Shown here: positions 28,010-37,713 of the stretch, in pieces | Position numbering within the stretch: the stretch's first letter is position 1 | How the letters are laid out: each line of letters opens with the position of its first letter | From: Lachnospiraceae bacterium | GTDB taxonomy: Bacteria > Bacteroidota > Bacteroidia > Bacteroidales > Bacteroidaceae | NCBI GenBank assembly: GCA_963660075.1 | Contig: CAVKWN010000003.1 | Span: forward strand, 4,517 to 68,516 | DNA: 64,000 nucleotides | Direction of reading: 5' to 3' | Made by a program: the position numbers and the translations under genes | Notes under the pieces: generated by a model | The model's input: the letters and a program-made list of their open reading frames with translations, nothing else | What the model was told of the DNA's origin: nothing | Database searches by the model: none

Positions 28010-28675
28010 TTACTGATTCTTATTATTAGCAATATTGACTACCTGAGAAGACTCGGGCTCCGGAACCATGACAAGGTCGTAATCACCAGTCTTTTTCAAA
28101 CGCAATATTTCCTCATAAATCAAGATACAACTCCAAGCGTCAATAGCAGCATACATCTTTTGCTTATCTGACAAAACCGGTGCCTCCCAATTGGTAAGTC
28201 GTTGACGCTTTGATATTTTCTGATGAAAGATATTGGCAAATATCTTTTGAAGACTGAGGTCTTTAATACCAATTTCGCCCACAATATCTTGCAAATCAAT
28301 GAATGCCCCAGGTTTAAACTTGCTTCTTGCTTCCAAGCCCCTTATGTCATCATGCCATGAAAGGCCAATTTTCTTTACACTTTTATCCTCAAGCAATCGT
28401 TTTATAGCTGGTGTTATGCCAGTGAGGTTCAGACGAAAAAGAAAGCAAATGTCACGGTTGGATACTTGAAGCAATGCCACCTTGTTTTGTTCGCCTTTAT
28501 GAAAGGAAGGTTTAGTCTCGGTGTCCACACCGATTATATCACTATTAAGAAGACAATCGACAGCTTTCTCGGCTTCACCTGCAGTGATAATAGTAATGAC
28601 CTTGCCCGGAAAAGCCACTACTGGTAAATCTGTTATGGCTTTCTTATCAAATCTGCTGTATATTGTCTTGCTCAT
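28010..28675 (-). CDS. DEDD-family 3'-5' exonuclease (RNase D / WRN-exonuclease-like)
   Basis: IGVDTETKP (ExoI) and YAAIDAW (ExoIII) motifs. Start set at ATG 28675; the track uses an upstream TTG. Confidence 0.75.
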   Translation of the reverse strand: MSKTIYSRFDKKAITDLPVVAFPGKVITIITAGEAEKAVDCLLNSDIIGVDTETKPSFHKGEQNKVALLQVSNRDICFLFRLNLTGITPAIKRLLEDKSVKKIGLSWHDDIRGLEARSKFKPGAFIDLQDIVGEIGIKDLSLQKIFANIFHQKISKRQRLTNWEAPVLSDKQKMYAAIDAWSCILIYEEILRLKKTGDYDLVMVPEPESSQVVNIANNKNQ

Positions 28676-28729
28676 GTTATAATTGTTATATTTGTGCAAA
28701 AGTAAAAAAAAGAAATGACATATTAGCCT

Positions 28730-29533
28730 CTACTCTTCTATTTCCTGCAATGAGCGCGCAAAATTGTTGATATAATTGCTTACAGTCTCTATCGGAGCAT
28801 AAGGTAAATAGCGAAGGCTACGGCGAAGGTTACGGCGAAGCAACTGAGAGTTATTGGTCACAAATCCAGAACGGCTCTGCCGGAAATGCCACTCCTCAGC
28901 TGTGTCGCTAGCAGTATGGTTTACCGACCGCAAAACCAAATTATAGGCAGACGGTTCTAAATGATGAACAAAAGGCAACTCTTCAGTTTCGAAATTAAAA
29001 ACTGCAACAAGCATACTGCCCTGCAGCTGTGCCATGCGAGCCAGATGAAGCTTTGAAAGCCATGAGTCGAGCTTAACAAAATCCACATGATCGCCTTGCA
29101 AACGAAGATAACGTCCTAGTTCGAGCATTCCTCTTATCATAATGCCTTGATTGAGCATGGTAGAAACTGTGCCCACTATTATCTTCAAAACGTCAAGCGA
29201 TGCCACGTTTGTATCAATCGCATGAATCTCACGATTCTTAATATGGTCGAACCTGACATTAAAGAATGCATTGCTGAGTTGAATACCATTTTTGGAAGAT
29301 GCTATACCTTTATTTATATCCACAAGAAAGTCCTCGGGGAGATTGACCCAAGCTCCCTCACTTATACGTTTCAGACCTTCTTTTACAATAGAGCCCACAC
29401 ATTGAGCATGAACCATCTGCCCAAGCCTATTCCATTTAAAATGTGACATAGGTTCGAGAGCCTCATCCTCATTCCATGCGCCTGAGCGTAACAGTCTGAA
29501 AAAATTGCGCGTGATGACATCCATCTCCTGCAT
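28730..29533 (-). CDS. Hypothetical protein, 267 aa
   Basis: Clean ORF, tightly packed between the transporter and exonuclease genes. No motif I can name. Confidence 0.55.
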   Translation of the reverse strand: MQEMDVITRNFFRLLRSGAWNEDEALEPMSHFKWNRLGQMVHAQCVGSIVKEGLKRISEGAWVNLPEDFLVDINKGIASSKNGIQLSNAFFNVRFDHIKNREIHAIDTNVASLDVLKIIVGTVSTMLNQGIMIRGMLELGRYLRLQGDHVDFVKLDSWLSKLHLARMAQLQGSMLVAVFNFETEELPFVHHLEPSAYNLVLRSVNHTASDTAEEWHFRQSRSGFVTNNSQLLRRNLRRSLRYLPYAPIETVSNYINNFARSLQEIEE

Positions 29534-29547
29534 TTGACAAACATGGG

Positions 29548-30822
29548 TTAAGAATACCGTTTAGGATAGCGCAGCAATATCGACAACACCGCAGCTATGC
29601 CAATGGCAAATGGATAATATAAATATGGTATTATGTCCACAGGTTGAACATGAGCAAGTCCGGCAGCCAACAGAATTTGCACTCCATAAGGTATTATACC
29701 CTGAATGGTACACGAGAACGTATCAAGGATACTTGCAGCCTTGCGTGGGTCAATGCCAAACTTTTCACTAATTTGCTTGGCAATGTTTCCAACAGTGAGT
29801 ATGGCAACAGTATTGTTGGCGGTGCAAAGGTTGACAAGGCTCACAAGGGCGGCAATGGTAAACTCCGCACCACGCTTTCCTCGAATTCTACTAGACAACC
29901 TTTCTATGATATAGTCGATACCACCATTAACCTTGATAATCTCAAGCATACCACCAGCCATCATGGCAATGATAATAAGTTCACCCATGCCAACTATTCC
30001 TGTCCCCAAGGCATTGAGCCAACCATAAAAACTATATGTGCCTCCCAACACGCCAATGATTCCACAAAGTGCGATGCCGCAAACAAGTACGGCCATGACA
30101 TTAAGACCACAAACCGCTGTTACAAGAACGACAAGGTAAGGTATCACTTTCAATAAATCCGTTTGTCCAATATGTGTTGGAGCTTGCATTCCAAACCCAA
30201 TAAAAGCATACACTGCAAGCACAACTACAACAGCTGGGGCTACTATAAGAAGATTCACCTTGAACTTGTCTTTCATCCTTACGCCTTGTGTTTGAGTGGC
30301 TACTACCGTAGTGTCGGAGATAAATGACAAATTGTCACCGAAATAAGCTCCACCCACTATTACTGCCGTCAACAATGCGACATTGCTGTTCGTCTGTGTT
30401 GCGATGCCTGCCGCGATAGGAACTAAAGTAACTACCGTGCCAACGCTTGTACCAATGGATAAAGATATAAAGCATGCTGTGATAAAGAGCCCAGGAAGGA
30501 TCATGCTCGGCGGAAGTATTTCGAGGGCAAGGTTCACGGTGGTGTCTATGGCACCCATGCCCTTAGCCGACTGCGAAAAAGCCCCTGCAAGGACGTAGAT
30601 CCACAACATCAAGAGCAAATTAGGCGTGGATGCACCTTGGCCATAAATATCAATGCGCTCTTTTAGGGAAAATTTGGTGGATGTTGCCACCGCGTAAACG
30701 CTTGATATAAGGAACACCACCGTCAATGGCACACTATTAAAATTACCCGCGACAAGACTTAGTCCAAGGTAAAGCACTATAAAAACAACGAGCGGTGAAA
30801 GCGCAAGAAAGCCTTTGTTCAT
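29548..30822 (-). CDS. NhaC-family-like transporter (second paralogue), co-transcribed with LacI
   Basis: 424 aa polytopic membrane protein with an NhaC-like N-terminus. Its ATG overlaps the LacI stop (ATGA). Confidence 0.65.
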   Translation of the reverse strand: MNKGFLALSPLVVFIVLYLGLSLVAGNFNSVPLTVVFLISSVYAVATSTKFSLKERIDIYGQGASTPNLLLMLWIYVLAGAFSQSAKGMGAIDTTVNLALEILPPSMILPGLFITACFISLSIGTSVGTVVTLVPIAAGIATQTNSNVALLTAVIVGGAYFGDNLSFISDTTVVATQTQGVRMKDKFKVNLLIVAPAVVVVLAVYAFIGFGMQAPTHIGQTDLLKVIPYLVVLVTAVCGLNVMAVLVCGIALCGIIGVLGGTYSFYGWLNALGTGIVGMGELIIIAMMAGGMLEIIKVNGGIDYIIERLSSRIRGKRGAEFTIAALVSLVNLCTANNTVAILTVGNIAKQISEKFGIDPRKAASILDTFSCTIQGIIPYGVQILLAAGLAHVQPVDIIPYLYYPFAIGIAAVLSILLRYPKRYS

Positions 30823-31883
30823 AATTGCATCCTACGATAGAAATTGACATTTTCAGGGGTTAAAAGCTCAATGGGCATATAATTGATTACCGGAACTGAA
30901 GTTTTCAACACCACGGCCTTAAACAGAGCGTCAATGCATGAATAACCTTGCTGATAGGCGTGTTGGGCAATGAGAAAGGAAATACTTCCTTTGGTTAGGC
31001 ACTCCGCATTTTTCTTCACCATGTCATAGCCCATTATCTGTATGTCGCGTCGGTTTGAGCGCAACAAGTACTCCCCCAATATATGAGCCTTTGAACCAAG
31101 AGTAATACAATGATGAATATTAGGATGAAGACTGAAGAACTCATTGAATATGGCATCGTTCTTCTGCCTGGTGCCAAAGAATGGCAATTCTAATGAAACT
31201 ATCTTGATTGACGGGAAATGATCTTTCATGTAATGACGAAAACCGACCTCACGATTGTCTTGCTGCTTACTCACCACAATTCCATCCTTGGTAATTTTCA
31301 TGAGCATGATTTCTTTCTCCTGACCAGCAAGAAGCATAAGCATGCGAGCCGCAAAATACCCACTTGCAAAAGAGTCTTGACCAAAAAAAGCCAACGGGCG
31401 CAAGTCTGGCATATATGAGTCGAGGAGCACAAACGGAATGGCCTCACCATGGAGTCTGTCGGTAATCACCTTAGTCACATCAAGTGTGGTGGGAACAATT
31501 ACCATCCCGTCAAGTTTGCCATCAAAACACGTCTCAGCCTCCTTGAGAAAGTTTTCACTGTCGAAACGATCATAATAAAGCAGACTGACAGATATATGGA
31601 AGTCTTTTCTTACCTCTATCGCTTTCTTGACACCTTGTTCTACTTCCTCCCAGTAAGCCACTTGGTCATGTTTTGGGATAAGTACGCAAAAATGATATGA
31701 CTTATTATAAGCCAAAGCAGAGGCATAAATATTGGGCTCGTAGTTTTGTTCCTTTAGAACTTTCTCTACTTTCTCCCTAACCCTCTCAGACACGTTTGGT
31801 CTTTTATGCAACACCCTGTCCACAGTACCTACGGATACTCCGGCTTTCAAGGCTATATCCTTTATCCTAATTCTTTCCGCCAT
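30819..31883 (-). CDS. LacI family transcriptional regulator
   Basis: HTH IKDIALKAGVSVGTVDRVLH plus a periplasmic-binding-protein-like sugar-binding fold. 354 aa. Confidence 0.85.
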   Translation of the reverse strand: MAERIRIKDIALKAGVSVGTVDRVLHKRPNVSERVREKVEKVLKEQNYEPNIYASALAYNKSYHFCVLIPKHDQVAYWEEVEQGVKKAIEVRKDFHISVSLLYYDRFDSENFLKEAETCFDGKLDGMVIVPTTLDVTKVITDRLHGEAIPFVLLDSYMPDLRPLAFFGQDSFASGYFAARMLMLLAGQEKEIMLMKITKDGIVVSKQQDNREVGFRHYMKDHFPSIKIVSLELPFFGTRQKNDAIFNEFFSLHPNIHHCITLGSKAHILGEYLLRSNRRDIQIMGYDMVKKNAECLTKGSISFLIAQHAYQQGYSCIDALFKAVVLKTSVPVINYMPIELLTPENVNFYRRMQL

Positions 31884-31904
31884 ATAATGTCATATAATTG
31901 GGGA

Positions 31905-31912
31905 CAAAGATA
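31905..31912 (-). promoter_or_regulatory. -7 promoter box TATCTTTG for the LacI-transporter operon
   Basis: Exact TAnnTTTG about 21 nt upstream of ATG 31883. Confidence 0.45.
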
Positions 31913-31944
31913 TTAAAAATAGTCAATATGTCCAAGAAAAACAT

Positions 31945-34194
31945 TTAGAAAGGTAAGCCTACGGCAAAATGAAATGTGAAATCTCTGCTGAAATCTGGAT
32001 GAATGATAGCATAATGCTCGTCACTGTCAGTATAAGCAGGATTTATAGCTTTCATTCCCATGTCAAAACGCAAAATGAAATAGTTGAAGTTAAGACGCAG
32101 ACCCATGCCATATGCAACGGCTATCTGTTTTAAAAAACTGTTCCATTTAAATTGACCTCCAGGCTGATCTGGATAGTTGCGCAATGTCCAGATGTTTCCC
32201 GCGTCTACAAATACCGCTCCATTAAACTTCCAGAAAAGAAATGTTCGATATTCCGCATTCAAGTCAAGCTTCATATCGCCTGTTTGGTTGATAAAATCGA
32301 TACGCCCGTCTTTGCCTTTGAATGCGCCCGGGCCCAGTTCTCTTACACTCCATCCTCGGACACTATTGGCACCTCCGGAAAAATATCTTTTCTCAAACGG
32401 AAGGATGTTACTGTTGCCATAAGGATAGGCGATGCCAAAATCAGCATGAAGTGCAAGGCTGTTGTGAGTATCAAATGTCAAGAGACGCGTATAGTCGAAG
32501 TCGAGCTTAGCATACTGGGCATATGCTATGCCAAACAGCGTATGCCTACCACTACTAGTTGTATGAAACTTCATGCTTCTCGATAATGCATCGAGAAGGT
32601 TGCCAGCCGTTTCAATATTAAAGCGAAAAGCGTCAATACCGTTGTTATAAGTCAGTCCAAAGCCCAATTTCATTATGAAAAGGTCTTCATAATTATATCG
32701 CAAGATGGCGTTCCTATTGTCGGCATTGTCAAGATAGTTTGTCTTAAATGTCTCACTAATCCATGGCATATAAACATAGTTAAGGTCTGGAACGTCTAAA
32801 CGGTAGTTTATGTGACTGTCAGGCGACGACCAACGGTATCGCCATGCCGTAGAGAAGACGCGACGGTGAAATTCCGGGCGATTTTGCATATCCCACGACA
32901 ACGAAAGTTCAGAAAACGCCGTGCTGCGTTGTCGTACTCTTCTCGATACGAATGGCACAAGCAAACGTGGAAATTGCAACTTCGTTTCAGCGCTCCACTC
33001 CATGAAATTTTCATCCCTATAACCTTCTAAACCTGTTATTGCCTCAAAAGCACCCCTCACCTCCGCGCTAAAAAGCTCAGAGCCATGGAAAACGTTACGG
33101 TTCTGATATGTCAACGACATTGCTGCGCCAAAATCGCCAGCAGTGTTAGTTCCTTCAGGCTGGAAGGCTATGGTTGAAGGTTTGTTTGTATTTAACTGAA
33201 TGTCACAATTGAGATTGTTCGTATTTTGATCCTCATGGAATTGTATGCTTGTATACCTCACAGCCGACAAACGCCCAAAGTTTCGATATGTCTCCTCAAG
33301 GTCTGAATGGCTATAGAGCTTTCCTTCCTTCAGCAGAGTAGCGTTATCGAGAACATTACGCGAAAGATTTAACTTTCCATTGTCTGTGGAATAATTAATT
33401 TTGCCAATAATGTATCTTGGATGTGAAACTTCCGGAGAGTCGTTGTTGGCACGGAACTTCAGCAAATGAAGAGTTAAATCGACATCCGTGTTATTTAAAG
33501 CAGTGTCTGCGTCGAATTTTATGAAGTCCTTATGAAACTTGTAATAGCCTGAATCAAGCAATATCTCCGTAATAAGTTTACGTTCCTCGTCAAGCTTGTC
33601 CACGGTAAAAGGAGTTCCCTTGGTCAAGACATGTGATTTGACGCGTTTTTGGGGAAGCGTGGAGAAATAATTGGACAGTACCGTTGCAACCTCTGTATCT
33701 TGGATGTCATATCTTACATTATTTATGTGGAAAGGCTGACCAGGATGCAACATGTATAATGCTGTCATCTTTTTGCCCTTCACCTTGGTTGTCAAGTCTA
33801 CTGTGGCATGCATGTATCCCATGTTTTTAAGAGTGTTGCGAAGATCGTCAACAGAAAGACGCGCTTGAACACTATCGAAAATCACAGGAGCCTCACCCAT
33901 GTTTTTCAGCGTGCGGTTTATCCATTTTGTACTGTCCTTCCCAGACATGGAATATGTAGCAAGTGGTATCTTGAAAAGAGAAAACCACTTGGAGTTTGCC
34001 TTCTGCCGTATATAAGGTGCGACAGAAGAGACATCAAAACCTTTGACATCTGCTTGTATCTCCACTTTTTGCAGGAGATATTCATTTTCTGGAATATATT
34101 TTGAAGAGCTACAACTCGTAATAATGACAAGTAACCACAATGGTATTAATCGGTATAACGACCTGCAGGATAAACTTTTTAATATTTTTTCCAA
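31945..34194 (-). CDS. BamA/TamA family outer membrane protein (surface antigen D15 beta-barrel)
   Basis: 749 aa. Signal with lipobox-like ITSC. POTRA-like N-terminal half. The C-terminal barrel ends in an aromatic residue (...FHFAVGLPF). Confidence 0.75.
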   Translation of the reverse strand: MEKILKSLSCRSLYRLIPLWLLVIITSCSSSKYIPENEYLLQKVEIQADVKGFDVSSVAPYIRQKANSKWFSLFKIPLATYSMSGKDSTKWINRTLKNMGEAPVIFDSVQARLSVDDLRNTLKNMGYMHATVDLTTKVKGKKMTALYMLHPGQPFHINNVRYDIQDTEVATVLSNYFSTLPQKRVKSHVLTKGTPFTVDKLDEERKLITEILLDSGYYKFHKDFIKFDADTALNNTDVDLTLHLLKFRANNDSPEVSHPRYIIGKINYSTDNGKLNLSRNVLDNATLLKEGKLYSHSDLEETYRNFGRLSAVRYTSIQFHEDQNTNNLNCDIQLNTNKPSTIAFQPEGTNTAGDFGAAMSLTYQNRNVFHGSELFSAEVRGAFEAITGLEGYRDENFMEWSAETKLQFPRLLVPFVSRRVRQRSTAFSELSLSWDMQNRPEFHRRVFSTAWRYRWSSPDSHINYRLDVPDLNYVYMPWISETFKTNYLDNADNRNAILRYNYEDLFIMKLGFGLTYNNGIDAFRFNIETAGNLLDALSRSMKFHTTSSGRHTLFGIAYAQYAKLDFDYTRLLTFDTHNSLALHADFGIAYPYGNSNILPFEKRYFSGGANSVRGWSVRELGPGAFKGKDGRIDFINQTGDMKLDLNAEYRTFLFWKFNGAVFVDAGNIWTLRNYPDQPGGQFKWNSFLKQIAVAYGMGLRLNFNYFILRFDMGMKAINPAYTDSDEHYAIIHPDFSRDFTFHFAVGLPF

Positions 34195-34207
34195 TGTCTA
34201 TTTTGTT

Positions 34208-35194
34208 TCAGAACTTGCCAAGCACACGATCCATGACCCAATTGACAGGTGTAGCACTAACCGATGTGGCTGTACAAGCGTCAAGGCCTTGGAGATGGTG
34301 TATGACAGAAGTGATTATGGGCAATTGTACATAGGGTGGATTGGGCACTATAAAACTCTTTGTCCCTGAATTGTTAATCAATTGTATAGGATCGTAATTA
34401 TATACACTGAACGACAATATTCCCTTATCGCCAATAGCGGTTATCCTGTCTGCCTTGGAGCTTTCGTGTCCTACAAAACACCATGACGCACTACCAGATA
34501 TTCCATTGTCGAATATGAAAGCCGCTGAAATAGTGTCCTCAGCCTGGTAAAGGTGTTCCCTATTTGTTGGATAACCATGTGCTCTTACTATCGTGCCAAA
34601 AAGATCCTGAAGGATGTCAAGTTGATGAGGCGCTAGATCATAGAAATAACCTCCACCCGATATGTCCGGTTGAAGACGCCATGGTTTTAAAGATGAGGCA
34701 TTGTAGTCAAGATCACGTGGCGGCACGGCAAACTGCAACTGCACCGTCAACATCTTGCCAATACCGTCTGTAGCTATAATGTCTCTAACCTTGTTGAAAT
34801 AAGGCAAATAGCGACGATAATACGCCACGAAACAAGGTACGCCCGTCTCTTCGCTTATACGATTGATACGAATACAATCCTCATAGTTTGCCGCCAATGG
34901 TTTCTCTACATAACAAGGCTTGCCCGCACGCATACACATAATGGCATAAGTGGCATGAGAGGAAGGAGGCGTTGCGATGTATATAGCGTTGACATTCGGG
35001 TCGTCCACAAGCTGTTGGGCATCCGTATACCATTTTGGAATACCGTGGCGCTTGGCATAATCCTTGACGCGTTGCTCATTACGGCTCATCACAGCCTCTA
35101 CATGAGAGCCTTCAACTTCATTGAACGCTGGCCCGGACTTCTTTTCCGTGACCTCGCCACATCCTATAAATCCCCAGCTTATTTGCTTCACCAT
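34208..35194 (-). CDS. Gfo/Idh/MocA family oxidoreductase
   Basis: N-terminal Rossmann motif ISWGFIGCGEV. 328 aa. EKP motif (CYVEKPLA). Confidence 0.8.
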   Translation of the reverse strand: MVKQISWGFIGCGEVTEKKSGPAFNEVEGSHVEAVMSRNEQRVKDYAKRHGIPKWYTDAQQLVDDPNVNAIYIATPPSSHATYAIMCMRAGKPCYVEKPLAANYEDCIRINRISEETGVPCFVAYYRRYLPYFNKVRDIIATDGIGKMLTVQLQFAVPPRDLDYNASSLKPWRLQPDISGGGYFYDLAPHQLDILQDLFGTIVRAHGYPTNREHLYQAEDTISAAFIFDNGISGSASWCFVGHESSKADRITAIGDKGILSFSVYNYDPIQLINNSGTKSFIVPNPPYVQLPIITSVIHHLQGLDACTATSVSATPVNWVMDRVLGKF

Positions 35195-35261
35195 GAATCG
35201 TTATTGCCTTATTGTCAAGTTCCTCTTAACAAAAATGAAGAACTCACGCTGTATACAATAG

Positions 35262-35300
35262 AGAAAAATGCTGGGGCTACCATTTTCACAGCACCCCAGC
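35262..35300 (-). terminator. Intrinsic terminator of pgm
   Basis: Minus strand: GCTGGGG...CCCCAGC stem followed by ATTTTTCTC. It starts about 20 nt after the pgm stop. Confidence 0.55.
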
Positions 35301-35320
35301 GTTTAACCTAAATTCTATGT

Positions 35321-37069
35321 TTAAGAAAGATGCAGACTGTTCTTGATAGCCTCTATCTTCTCAACACCATTCTTCTCAAGAGACTCATACTCAGACGCGT
35401 CGCTCATAGTGCCTTTCACCTCGATATAGAACTTAATCTTAGGCTCGGTACCAGAAGGACGCACGCTTACCTTCGTGTCGTCATCGCAGAACCATTGCAA
35501 CACATTGCTTGTCTCAGGCATGTCGAGCTTGGTCTTGTTGCCCTTGTCATCCGTGGCTTCCAACGTTTTATAGTCTTTCCACAACACGACCTTAGAGCCG
35601 CCGAGATCCTTTGGAGGATTGGCACGGAAATCTACCATCATCTTTTGTATCTCCTCAGCTCCAGCCTTTCCTGGACGTTCAACGTTTACAGTGAACTCCT
35701 TGGAGAAACCATACTCCTTGTAAATGCCCATCAGGATATCGTAAAGCGTCTTGCCTAGCTCCTTGGCATAAGCACAAATCTCGGCAAGAAGCGAGCATGC
35801 TGACACCGCATCCTTGTCACGCACGAAATCCTCAGCAAGGAAGCCGTAGCTTTCTTCACCACCGCCAATATATTGTTGCTTGCCTTCAGAAAGGGCTATC
35901 TCGCGTGCTATCCACTTGAAGCCAGTGTAGCAATCGCGCATTTCCACGCCTTGCTTGTCGGCTATCTTCTTGATAAGTTCCGTGGTAACAATTGTCTTGA
36001 CGATGAAGTCGGTTGGCTTAAGCAAGCCTTTTGCCTTCCTATTTGAGATGATATACCACAAGAATATCATGCAGGTCTGGTTGCCATTGATAAGCACCCA
36101 CTCGCCCTTGTCGTTCTTGCATGCCATGCCAACACGATCGGCGTCAGGGTCTGAGGCCATAAGAATGTCGGCATCTATATTCTTGGCATCGCGCAAGCCA
36201 AGGGTCAAAGCCTCTGCAAACTCAGGATTAGGACGATCAACTGTAGGGAAGTCGCCATCCTTAATCATCTGCTCGAACACGCAGTGAACATTGTCGAATC
36301 CCCAATAAGCCAATGAGCGTGGGATAATCACACGACCGGCTCCATGAAGCGGAGTGTACACGATTTTCAAGTCGTGCTGCTTCTTAATGACCTCTGGATC
36401 AATGCTTATCGTGCGAATCTCACGAAGGTATGGCTCGTCTATATCCTCGCCCACAATCTGAATGAGATCCTTGTTGCCTTCAAACTTCACATCGGCTATG
36501 GAACACTTGTTCACCTCGTCGATTATGCCCTTGTCGTGAGGAGCAAGCACTTGTGCGCCATCTTCCCAATAAGCCTTGTAACCATTGTACTCACGTGGAT
36601 TATGGCTTGCGGTAATATTAACGCCACCTTGCGCCTTCAAGTAGCGAATGGCGAAAGAGCATTCTGGTGTCGGGCGAAGATCGTCAAACAAGTAAGCCTT
36701 TATACCATTGGCTGAAAAGATGTTAGCCACCGTCTCTGCATAAAGTCTACTGTTATTGCGGCAATCATGACAAACTACAACGGATATTTCATCACGATCT
36801 TTGAAGTTCTTCTTCAAGTAGTTGGCAAAACCCTGGGTGGCCATACCAACTGTGTACACATTCATGCGGTTGGAACCAGCTCCCATGATGCCACGCAAGC
36901 CTCCTGTGCCAAATTCCAAGTCTTTATAGAAGCACTCTATAAGATCTGTCTTGTCGTCGTTATCAAGCATGGCCTGAACTGACTTACGTGTCTCCTCGTC
37001 AAAAGCAGGAGCAAGCCACTGCTCGGCCTTCGCCTCACATTGAGCTATCAATTCTTTATTTTCATCCAT
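35321..37069 (-). CDS. pgm: Phosphoglucomutase / phospho-sugar mutase
   Basis: 582 aa. Active-site TASHNP. Metal loop DPDADR. Confidence 0.88.
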   Translation of the reverse strand: MDENKELIAQCEAKAEQWLAPAFDEETRKSVQAMLDNDDKTDLIECFYKDLEFGTGGLRGIMGAGSNRMNVYTVGMATQGFANYLKKNFKDRDEISVVVCHDCRNNSRLYAETVANIFSANGIKAYLFDDLRPTPECSFAIRYLKAQGGVNITASHNPREYNGYKAYWEDGAQVLAPHDKGIIDEVNKCSIADVKFEGNKDLIQIVGEDIDEPYLREIRTISIDPEVIKKQHDLKIVYTPLHGAGRVIIPRSLAYWGFDNVHCVFEQMIKDGDFPTVDRPNPEFAEALTLGLRDAKNIDADILMASDPDADRVGMACKNDKGEWVLINGNQTCMIFLWYIISNRKAKGLLKPTDFIVKTIVTTELIKKIADKQGVEMRDCYTGFKWIAREIALSEGKQQYIGGGEESYGFLAEDFVRDKDAVSACSLLAEICAYAKELGKTLYDILMGIYKEYGFSKEFTVNVERPGKAGAEEIQKMMVDFRANPPKDLGGSKVVLWKDYKTLEATDDKGNKTKLDMPETSNVLQWFCDDDTKVSVRPSGTEPKIKFYIEVKGTMSDASEYESLEKNGVEKIEAIKNSLHLS

Positions 37070-37111
37070 AACTGATTGTGGTTAAAATGTGATTATTAGT
37101 TATATTTTTGG

Positions 37112-37119
37112 CAAAGATA
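37112..37119 (-). promoter_or_regulatory. -7 promoter box TATCTTTG for pgm
   Basis: Exact TAnnTTTG about 42 nt upstream of ATG 37069. Confidence 0.45.
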
Positions 37120-37163
37120 ATGTTTTTTTTTCTTTTCCGGCATTTCGTACAAATTAATTTTTG

Positions 37164-37171
37164 TAAATTTG
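37164..37171 (+). promoter_or_regulatory. -7 promoter box TAAATTTG for the small membrane protein gene
   Basis: Exact TAnnTTTG about 49 nt upstream of ATG 37221. Confidence 0.4.
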
Positions 37172-37220
37172 CAAAAGTAATGTGTTCAGAAATAAAGAAT
37201 CAAGATAAATAGATAAGAAG

Positions 37221-37541
37221 ATGTATTTCACAGGATTTGCCATAGCCGTTTGTACTTTTTTGATAATCGGCGCTTTCCACCCTATTGTCATTAAAGTTGA
37301 ATATTACTTTGGCACTCGTCCATGGTGGCTGTTCCTCTTGGCTGGCATTGCGTGCATAATATCATCTATAAGTATTGAGAACACGTTTGTTTCGGCTCTT
37401 GTCGGAGTAGTTGGTGCCTCCCTATTGTGGTCTATTGGAGAATTATTCGAACAAAAGAAACGCGTAGAGAAAGGATGGTTCCCTATGAATCCTAAAAGGA
37501 GTGGCGAATACACCAACACAACCTTGAAAAACAAGGCTTAA
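37221..37541 (+). CDS. Small membrane protein (DUF4491-like by recollection)
   Basis: 106 aa with three hydrophobic helices. Confidence 0.55.
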   Translation: MYFTGFAIAVCTFLIIGAFHPIVIKVEYYFGTRPWWLFLLAGIACIISSISIENTFVSALVGVVGASLLWSIGELFEQKKRVEKGWFPMNPKRSGEYTNTTLKNKA

Positions 37542-37662
37542 ATGTTGCCTTGAAATGAAGATTTACCGGCAATGAAAAAGCTTTCTTCAAGCACTAGACG
37601 CAAAAGGTTGAAAAACACGAATAAAAAAGTCTAATTTCTTTATTTGTTCTTCTCTTTTTTTG

Positions 37663-37670
37663 TAACTTTG
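37663..37670 (+). promoter_or_regulatory. -7 promoter box TAACTTTG for pgk
   Basis: Exact TAnnTTTG about 43 nt upstream of ATG 37714. Confidence 0.5.
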
Positions 37671-37713
37671 TACACAAGAACATTTCACATAACACATTAA
37701 ATAATTAGTAACA

